Assembly: GCA_041158325.1 (NCBI GenBank)
Contig: JBEBBQ010000105.1
Coordinates: 1 to 33,733 of the forward strand
Reading direction: 5' to 3'
DNA length: 33,733 bases
Origin: Actinomycetota bacterium
GTDB taxonomy: Bacteria; Actinomycetota; Actinomycetes; Nanopelagicales; Nanopelagicaceae
A program made the translations under genes and the position numbers. Shown in pieces: positions 27,129 through 33,733 of this stretch (the first letter of the stretch is position 1; each line of letters starts with the position of its first letter). The notes beneath the pieces were generated by a model. It did not search any database. It was given only the letters and a program-made list of their open reading frames with translations, and was not told the origin of the DNA.

Positions 27129-27853
27129 GTAGTTTAAGCGCACAGGAAATAGAGGAGTATCTGAGAGATCTGAGCCATGGAGATTTATCAGTTACCGGAC
27201 GACTGGTTGATGCATCGAATGCAACCTTGTACGCCTCATGTGAAGTCAAGGAAAGAACTTTAATTTGTATCTATAAACCAATCGCAGGCGAACGTCCACT
27301 TTGGGATTTTCCCGACGGCACCTTAGCCAATCGTGAATATCTGACATTCCTAGTGAGCCATTGGCTGGGCTTACATCTAGTGCCACCGACAGTTCTACGT
27401 GACGGGCCTTACGGAACTGGGATGGTTCAGCTCTGGATAAATATTGATGAGAGCGTCGATTTGATGGAGTTCTTCAAAGAGGATAACGCCGAACTTCGCA
27501 AGATCGCGCTACTTGATCTAATCACAAACAACACAGATCGAAAAATTGGCCATTTGATTCCGACTCCAGAAGGCGCGGTCTTTGGATGCGATCACGGAGT
27601 TACCTTTCACGAGGAAGATAAATTGCGGACAGTTCTTTGGCAGTGGGCGAAGCAGCCATTTACTAGCGATGAGTTAGAGATCTTGCAGTTGGCAAAGATG
27701 TTGATTGCAACTGAGAAACGAGATGTTGTCCTTGGACTCATTGAAGAGGAAGAGTTAGAAGCAACCGTAGATCGAATCGATAGAGCCCTTGCAGAGAAGT
27801 GTTTTCCAGAACCTAACCCAGATTGGCCAGCGGTTCCGTGGCCACCGTTCTAG
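27125..27853 (+). CDS. SCO1664-family protein, PI3/PI4-kinase-like fold
   Basis: Motifs ASNATL, YKPIAGERPLWDFPDGTLANRE, NNTDRKIGH, DHGVTFH, KLRTVLW and C-terminal PWPPF. Confidence 0.85.
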   Translation: MSSLSAQEIEEYLRDLSHGDLSVTGRLVDASNATLYASCEVKERTLICIYKPIAGERPLWDFPDGTLANREYLTFLVSHWLGLHLVPPTVLRDGPYGTGMVQLWINIDESVDLMEFFKEDNAELRKIALLDLITNNTDRKIGHLIPTPEGAVFGCDHGVTFHEEDKLRTVLWQWAKQPFTSDELEILQLAKMLIATEKRDVVLGLIEEEELEATVDRIDRALAEKCFPEPNPDWPAVPWPPF

Positions 27854-27856
27854 GAT
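27851..27856 (+). promoter_or_regulatory. Putative -10 box (TAGGAT), leaderless mshC; the TAG is the upstream stop
   Basis: TANNNT 6 nt before ATG 27863. AGGA could alternatively act as an SD. Confidence 0.45.
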
Positions 27857-27862
27857 GATCGC

Positions 27863-29104
27863 ATGAAGGCCTGGTCCGATCTTTATATTCCGCCGCTCGA
27901 TCCGCGCTTTTCTTTAGCACCCCTTTCTCTGCATGACACGGCAACTAGTTCGGTTAAACCACTTTCCCGTAAAGAGATCTATCGAATCTATGTCTGTGGA
28001 ATTACTCCATACGATGCAACTCACCTAGGCCATGCCAATACTTATCTGGCTTTCGATCTTGTAAATAGATACCTCCGGGCAACGGGTGCTCAGGTCAATT
28101 TCGTTGAGAACATAACTGATATCGACGACCCGCTTCTGGAGCGAGCAGCGCGCGACGGCATCGACTGGGAAGATCTTGCTCATTCACAAATCGAACTTTT
28201 TAAGTCAGATATGGTCGCGCTGCATGTGATTCCACCAGCACATTACATCGGAGCTGTCGAAGCGATCCCTGAAGTAATAGATGCAATTAAGGCGCTGCAA
28301 GAGAAAGGCACCGTCTATAGCGTTGATCAAGACCTCTACTTTGAAGTTAGAAGTGATTCAACCTTCGGGCGACGTTCAAATTTATCAGAGAGTGACATGC
28401 TCGAGATTTTTGCACAACGTGGGGGAGACCCACTTAAGCCGGGTAAGAAGGATCCACTCGATGCACTTCTTTGGTTGGCGCAACGTCCGAATGAACCAGG
28501 CTGGAGTTCAGTGTTTGGTTCTGGTCGTCCAGGATGGCATATCGAATGCTGCGCAATCGCGCTCAATTATTTAGATATCGCAGCCGATGAACAAACCTCC
28601 GTGGATATCCAAGGCGGCGGCAGTGATCTTATTTTTCCGCACCATGAAATGTCTGCGGCGCAATCCAAGATGATCAATGGACGCGAGTTTGCAACACATT
28701 ATGTTCACGCCGGAATGATTGGTCTCGATGGCGAAAAAATGAGTAAATCAAAGGGAAACCTGGTTCTAGTTTCTAATTTGCTCAAAGAAGGTCGCGACGC
28801 AATGGCAATTCGTTTGGCGCTGCTAAGCCATCATTACCGAAGTGATCACATGTGGACAGATCACGATCTAGTTGCTGCCGAGGATCTTCTAAACGAGATG
28901 CGGATTGCGCTCTCGCGTATGGAAGTAGCTCCAACTGATTCAGCGATCAAAGAAATTATTGCAGCCCTGGCAAATGATCTTGATACTCCTCGTGCAATCA
29001 GCGCTTTGCGAAATTGGCTTGCAGCAACTAACGCTGGAAAAGCTGGAGGAAGTCCTGGAGAACTTTCGCGCGCCATTGACACCTTGTTAGGGATAGCTTT
29101 CTAA
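27863..29104 (+). CDS. mshC: Cysteine:GlcN-Ins ligase (mycothiol biosynthesis)
   Basis: CysRS-like core (CGITPYDATHLGHA, GRPGWHIEC, DLIFPHHE, KMSKS) but only 413 aa, lacking the anticodon-binding domain. Typical mshC neighbourhood. Confidence 0.93.
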   Translation: MKAWSDLYIPPLDPRFSLAPLSLHDTATSSVKPLSRKEIYRIYVCGITPYDATHLGHANTYLAFDLVNRYLRATGAQVNFVENITDIDDPLLERAARDGIDWEDLAHSQIELFKSDMVALHVIPPAHYIGAVEAIPEVIDAIKALQEKGTVYSVDQDLYFEVRSDSTFGRRSNLSESDMLEIFAQRGGDPLKPGKKDPLDALLWLAQRPNEPGWSSVFGSGRPGWHIECCAIALNYLDIAADEQTSVDIQGGGSDLIFPHHEMSAAQSKMINGREFATHYVHAGMIGLDGEKMSKSKGNLVLVSNLLKEGRDAMAIRLALLSHHYRSDHMWTDHDLVAAEDLLNEMRIALSRMEVAPTDSAIKEIIAALANDLDTPRAISALRNWLAATNAGKAGGSPGELSRAIDTLLGIAF

Positions 29105-29985
29105 CTCCCTTCTTGGCGCCTTAAGAAACGTTCAAGTTCGCGAGCGATCTCATCCCCAGAAACATCGGAAAATGCAGCGCTATCTTTACTCTCTTCCAGC
29201 GCTTTAACGTAATCGCCTATCTCACTATCTTCTTGCGTTAGTTCGTCGACTTCTTTCTCCCATTCCCTTGCGTGGTCGTCCAATTCACCAAGTGGAAAGT
29301 CGATCTGCAGAAAATCTTCCAGCGCATTAATCAGGGCAAGCGTTGCCTTCGGGGATGGAGAACTACTTGCATAGTGAGGAACCGCAGCCCAAAATGAGAT
29401 CGCCGTTATTCCGCGGCGCAGACAAGCATCCTGAATAACTCCGAGGATTCCGGTTGGACCTTCATATCGACTCACTTCTATTCCTAATCGTTTAGCGATA
29501 TCGGGATGTGCGCCTGATCCAGTAACAGTAATCGGGCGGCTGTGAGGAGCGTCAGCAAGCATTGATCCCAAAGTGATCACCGTTGAAACTTCCAGATCGT
29601 CTGCTAGATCCAATAACTGGTGAGTAAAAGTTCGCCATTTCATTGATGGTTCGACGCCGCGAACGATTACAAAGTCATTGGGAAATTGCGGAGTAGATAG
29701 GCCAAAAACTTGGGTTCCAGGCCAGATAAGGGATCGAACTAGTGATCCATCAATTTCAATCATTGGCCGATTTACTTGAAAGTCGTAATAATCTTCAGAA
29801 TCTATGTCAGCAATTAGCTCAGGAATTAGATCGGTGGCCTTTGGATTATCGACATCAGCGATTTCACTCCAGATACCTAAGAGATGTGAAACTGCTCCAG
29901 TTGCCGCTTCTGCAGCATCATTCCAACCAGAGAATGCGATAACCATGATTGGCGAACGCAGCGCAGGTATCTTATGAATCTCCAC
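29101..29985 (-). CDS. PAC2-family (proteasome assembly chaperone-like) protein
   Basis: Motifs AFSGWNDAAEAA, YYDFQVNRP, GVEPSMKW, YEGPTG and AAVPHY. GTG 29985 (7 nt after TAAGGT) is preferred over GTG 29994. Confidence 0.88.
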   Translation of the reverse strand: MEIHKIPALRSPIMVIAFSGWNDAAEAATGAVSHLLGIWSEIADVDNPKATDLIPELIADIDSEDYYDFQVNRPMIEIDGSLVRSLIWPGTQVFGLSTPQFPNDFVIVRGVEPSMKWRTFTHQLLDLADDLEVSTVITLGSMLADAPHSRPITVTGSGAHPDIAKRLGIEVSRYEGPTGILGVIQDACLRRGITAISFWAAVPHYASSSPSPKATLALINALEDFLQIDFPLGELDDHAREWEKEVDELTQEDSEIGDYVKALEESKDSAAFSDVSGDEIARELERFLRRQEGS

Positions 29986-29992
29986 ATTGAGC

Positions 29993-30007
29993 ACCTTACG
30001 GTAACCT
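29993..30007. promoter_or_regulatory. Back-to-back -10 boxes for PAC2 (minus) and metH (plus)
   Basis: ACCTTA-CGG-TAACCT: minus-strand TAAGGT at 29998-29993 and plus-strand TAACCT at 30002-30007, each 7 nt from a GTG start. Confidence 0.6.
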
Positions 30008-30014
30008 CTGCCAA

Positions 30015-33000
30015 GTGACGAGCCCTAATCGCCAGAGACCCGCGGGATTACTCCGCCAAGCCCTGGCTTCGCGCACGGTAATCGCCGATGGCGCGATGGG
30101 CACGATGTTGCAAGAGGCCGATCCAACGCTTGAGGATTTCCAAGGCCATGAAGGTTGTAATGAGATTCTCAACGTTTCCCGTCCGGATATTGTGCGTGGA
30201 GTTCACGAGAAGTATTTAGCGGTTGGCGTTGACGCTATTGAAACAAATACCTTCGGTGCCAACTGGGCGAACTTAGCTGAGTATGGAATTGAAGATCGAA
30301 TCTACGAATTGGCCTTTGCAGGCGCAAAGATCGCTCGAGAGGCTGCAGATGCGGCGAGTACGAAAGAGAAGCCACGTTTCGTGCTTGGATCTCTTGGACC
30401 CGGAACTAAGTTACCTTCTCTAGGGCACACCACATATCAAAAGTTAAAAGATGCTTACTACACAGCGGCTAAGGGACTTCTGGATGCAAAGTCAGATGCG
30501 CTCCTAGTCGAAACGACGCAGGATCTATTGCAGGCTAAAGCTGCGGTAAATGGATGTCGCCAAGCGATCGCCGAAGTCGATTTTGACGTAGTTCTAATCG
30601 CACAAGTAACTGTTGAGACAACAGGAACGATGTTGCTTGGCTCCGAAATCGGTGCCGCGCTAAATGCGCTCGAGCCTCTCGAGATTGATTTAATCGGCCT
30701 TAACTGCGCGACAGGTCCTGCCGAAATGTCTGAGCACCTACGTTACTTATCAAAGTTTGCTAACTGCGCGATTTCGGTTATGCCCAACGCAGGTTTACCA
30801 ATTCTTGGAGCCAAGGGCGCTGAGTATCCACTTGGTCCGACGGAGTTAGCCGATGCGCTGGAAACTTTCGTTGGCGATTACGGAATCGGCTTAATTGGTG
30901 GTTGCTGCGGAACGACCCCCGAACACCTTGCAGCAGTTGTCGAGAAAATGTCGAGTAAGCCTTTTAAGAATCGGGGAGCGGCGCTTGATCCAGGTGCTTC
31001 ATCGCTCTATCAATACGTTCCATTTCGCCAAGACAATACTTACCTAGCGATCGGCGAGAAGACCAATGCCAATGGCTCTCGCGCTTTCCGTGATGCACTT
31101 GTTGCCGAAGATTGGGAGAAGTGCGTAGAAATCGCGCGCGATCAGATCCGCGACGGTGCGCATATGCTCGATCTTTCAGTTGATTATGTTGGTCGCGATG
31201 GCGCTAAGGATATGTATGAGATCGCATCGCGCTTTGCCACTGCATCTACTCTGCCAATCGTTCTTGATTCAACCGAACCTAATGTAATCAAAGCTGGACT
31301 TGAAGCGCTCGGTGGTCGCTGTGTAATCAACTCCGTTAACTATGAAGATGGTGACGGCCCTACATCTCGTTTTGCACGAATCATGCCTTTAGTTAAGGAA
31401 CATGGCGCGGCAGTAGTTGCGCTCACTATTGATGAAGAAGGTCAAGCCCGTACCGCTGAATGGAAGTTACGAGTTGCACGTCGACTCATTGAAGATCTAA
31501 CTGCGAATTGGCAGATGAAGACCGGCGATATCTTGATTGACGCACTTACTTTTCCTATCGCTACTGGGCAAGAAGAGACTCGTCGCGATGGCATTGAAAC
31601 AATCGAGGCGATTCGTCAGCTCAAGGTTGAGTATCCAGATGTTCAGACAACTTTGGGCGTTTCCAACGTCTCATTCGGTTTGAACCCAGCAGCGCGTGTT
31701 GTTCTCAACTCTGTCTTTTTGCACGAATGTGTAGCAGCTGGCCTTGATTCAGCAATCGTTCATCCGTCAAAGATCACACCTCTGGCGCGTATTGAAGAAC
31801 GGCATAAAGAAGTTGCCCTCGATTTGGTTTATGACCGACGTAAATACGACGGCGAGACCTGTATCTATGACCCGCTAACCGAATTCCTACAGCTCTTCGA
31901 AGGCGTAGAGCTTGCCGCATCCCGCAACGTTCGAGCCTCAGAGCTAGCTGCGCTTCCACTTACTGAACGTTTGCAACGTCGCATTATTGACGGCGAGAAA
32001 GTTGGCCTCAGCGATGATCTCGACAGCGCGATGGCTGAAGGCATCAAACCACTTACGATCATTAATGATTACCTGCTCGAAGGTATGAAGGTTGTAGGCG
32101 AGCTTTTCGGTAAAGGCGAGATGCAACTTCCCTTCGTGCTTCAGAGCGCTGAAGTTATGAAGACAGCAGTTGCTTATCTTGAGCCACATATGGAGAAGAC
32201 CGAAGACGAAGGTCGAGGCACCATGTTGCTGGCAACGGTTAAGGGCGATGTGCACGATATCGGCAAGAACTTGGTAGATATTATCTTGAGCAACAATGGA
32301 TATACCGTTGTAAATATCGGAATTAAGCAGACGATCAATCAGATTATCGATGCTGCACAAGAATCTAATGTCGACGCTATTGGTATGAGTGGATTACTTG
32401 TTAAGTCAACCGTAATCATGAAAGAAAATCTGGAAGAGTTAACCAACCGTGGGCTTGCTGAAAAGTGGCCAGTTGTTCTTGGGGGAGCAGCGCTGACCCG
32501 CGCCTTCGTTGAACAAGATCTGGCTGGGATGTTCCCCGGAGAAGTTCGTTATGCACGAGATGCATTTGAAGGACTTCGCTTGATGGATTCGATCATGGCG
32601 GTTAAGCGCGGAGTTCCAGGAGCTGCGTTGCCTGCACTTAGAGAACGTAAAGTGCCACTACGCCCGAAGAAGGATGAAGATCTAGTTATTGATACTAAGC
32701 GAAGCGATGTCGCAATTGATGTCGATATTCCTGCCGCTCCGTTCTTCGGTTCCCGAATCATTAAGGGGGTTCCTTTAGCGGATTATGTAGAAATGCTTGA
32801 TGAGCGAGCTCTATTCGTCGGTCAGTGGGGTTTAAAAGGCGCACGTGGTGAATATGAAACTATGGTTGAAAATGAAGGTCGCCCACGTCTTCGCGCGCTT
32901 CTAAATCAAGTTCAATCTAAAGGTTGGCTAAATGCCGCCGTTGTTTACGGTTACTTCCCATGTGTTAGCGATGGCAATGATCTGGTGATCTTGCATCACG

Positions 33001-33521
33001 AAGGCCCTGATAAAGGTAAAGAGCGCACGCGCTTCTCATTTCCGCGCCAATCTCGTGATCGTAGACTTTGCTTGAGCGACTTCTTTGCGGCAAAAGATTC
33101 AGGAAAGACCGACGTTGTCGCGTTCCATGTAGTAACAATGGGCAGCGAGATCAGTAAAGCGGCAAATGAACTCTTTGCGGCAAACAATTACCGCGAATAT
33201 TTGGAGCTGCACGGTCTCTCAGTGCAGTTAACTGAAGCCCTTGCCGAGCATTGGCATGCCCGAGTCCGTGAAGAGTTCCATGTCCGTGGCGACGATGCCC
33301 CAGATCTGCAGGGAATTCTTGATCAGGGCTATCGTGGATCTAGATATTCATTTGGTTATCCAGCATGTCCCAACATCGAGCAACAAGTTGAACTATGCGA
33401 ATTGCTAGAACCAGGTCGAATTGGCGTTGAACTATCGGAAGAGTTCCAGCTACATCCAGAACAAAGCACCTCTGCGATTATCGTTCACCACCCTGAGGCG
33501 AAATACTTCAACGCGAATTGA
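30015..33521 (+). CDS. metH: Cobalamin-dependent methionine synthase
   Basis: Motifs DGAMGT, GLNC, GGCCGT, a pterin-binding domain, the B12 motif DVHDIGKN..SGL..GG, and the reactivation domain RYSFGYPACP. GTG start. Confidence 0.98.
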   Translation: MTSPNRQRPAGLLRQALASRTVIADGAMGTMLQEADPTLEDFQGHEGCNEILNVSRPDIVRGVHEKYLAVGVDAIETNTFGANWANLAEYGIEDRIYELAFAGAKIAREAADAASTKEKPRFVLGSLGPGTKLPSLGHTTYQKLKDAYYTAAKGLLDAKSDALLVETTQDLLQAKAAVNGCRQAIAEVDFDVVLIAQVTVETTGTMLLGSEIGAALNALEPLEIDLIGLNCATGPAEMSEHLRYLSKFANCAISVMPNAGLPILGAKGAEYPLGPTELADALETFVGDYGIGLIGGCCGTTPEHLAAVVEKMSSKPFKNRGAALDPGASSLYQYVPFRQDNTYLAIGEKTNANGSRAFRDALVAEDWEKCVEIARDQIRDGAHMLDLSVDYVGRDGAKDMYEIASRFATASTLPIVLDSTEPNVIKAGLEALGGRCVINSVNYEDGDGPTSRFARIMPLVKEHGAAVVALTIDEEGQARTAEWKLRVARRLIEDLTANWQMKTGDILIDALTFPIATGQEETRRDGIETIEAIRQLKVEYPDVQTTLGVSNVSFGLNPAARVVLNSVFLHECVAAGLDSAIVHPSKITPLARIEERHKEVALDLVYDRRKYDGETCIYDPLTEFLQLFEGVELAASRNVRASELAALPLTERLQRRIIDGEKVGLSDDLDSAMAEGIKPLTIINDYLLEGMKVVGELFGKGEMQLPFVLQSAEVMKTAVAYLEPHMEKTEDEGRGTMLLATVKGDVHDIGKNLVDIILSNNGYTVVNIGIKQTINQIIDAAQESNVDAIGMSGLLVKSTVIMKENLEELTNRGLAEKWPVVLGGAALTRAFVEQDLAGMFPGEVRYARDAFEGLRLMDSIMAVKRGVPGAALPALRERKVPLRPKKDEDLVIDTKRSDVAIDVDIPAAPFFGSRIIKGVPLADYVEMLDERALFVGQWGLKGARGEYETMVENEGRPRLRALLNQVQSKGWLNAAVVYGYFPCVSDGNDLVILHHEGPDKGKERTRFSFPRQSRDRRLCLSDFFAAKDSGKTDVVAFHVVTMGSEISKAANELFAANNYREYLELHGLSVQLTEALAEHWHARVREEFHVRGDDAPDLQGILDQGYRGSRYSFGYPACPNIEQQVELCELLEPGRIGVELSEEFQLHPEQSTSAIIVHHPEAKYFNAN

Positions 33522-33733
33522 GTTTCCAAGCAGTTTTCTTCGACATGGACGGACTCTTTTTAGATTCCGAGCCTCAATGGCATGAAGCCGAAACGCTCAT
33601 GATGCGGGAAAACGGTTATGACTGGAAACCAGAAGATCAATTGCATTGTCTAGGCGGACCGCTAAGTCGCGTCGCTGAGTACATGTCCAATTGCCTGCAA
33701 GCGCGAAGATCGCCGGCGCAATTAGCAGAGATG
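33518..33733 (+). CDS. HAD-family hydrolase, 5' part (truncated by the window; not in the ORF track)
   Basis: The TTG at 33518 overlaps the metH TGA and translates MSFQAVFFDMDGLFLDSEPQWHEAE... (HAD motif I, DxD). The frame is open to the window end. Confidence 0.88.
   Translation, partial: MSFQAVFFDMDGLFLDSEPQWHEAETLMMRENGYDWKPEDQLHCLGGPLSRVAEYMSNCLQARRSPAQLAEM

Noticed and set aside
27863-29104. Possible cysteinyl-tRNA synthetase
   Set aside because: The short length, missing anticodon-binding domain and gene context fit MshC.
1-33733. CRISPR arrays, IS elements, prophage or defence genes, tandem repeats
   Set aside because: None were seen. Essentially all of the sequence is accounted for by core genes and spacers of 100 bp or less.

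Overview
This is a gene-dense core-genome segment from an Actinobacterium. GC looks mid-range (roughly 48-50% by eye, not computed) and the spacers are tiny, which fits a streamlined freshwater acI/Nanopelagicales genome (inference). Gene order: carB(3' part)-pyrK-pyrD-pyrF-[mIHF::gmk fusion]-rpoZ-coaBC-metK-priA-def-fmt-rsmB-rpe-hisE-hisG >< serB <> ABC ATPase-ung >< NCS2 permease, YczE-like <> DUF554 >< adh, tdk, OafA-like acyltransferase, apt, tRNA-Leu(GAG) <> M20 hydrolase >< aldo/keto reductase <> histidine phosphatase-DUF3090-SCO1664-like kinase-mshC >< PAC2 <> metH-HAD(5' part). I saw no mobile element, CRISPR array, rRNA or defence system. The most notable observations are: (1) the nucleoid protein mIHF is fused in frame to guanylate kinase; (2) at least 13 genes have a TANNNT box 6-7 nt before the start codon, the leaderless signature, and several of these boxes are built from the upstream stop codon; (3) metH and PAC2 share a roughly 30-bp back-to-back promoter; (4) the nucleobase permease has a structured leader with a PyrR-like CNGNGA hexaloop; (5) an uncharacterised phosphatase/Zn-knuckle/kinase triad sits next to mshC, with a perfect 7-3-7 palindrome in its promoter region.
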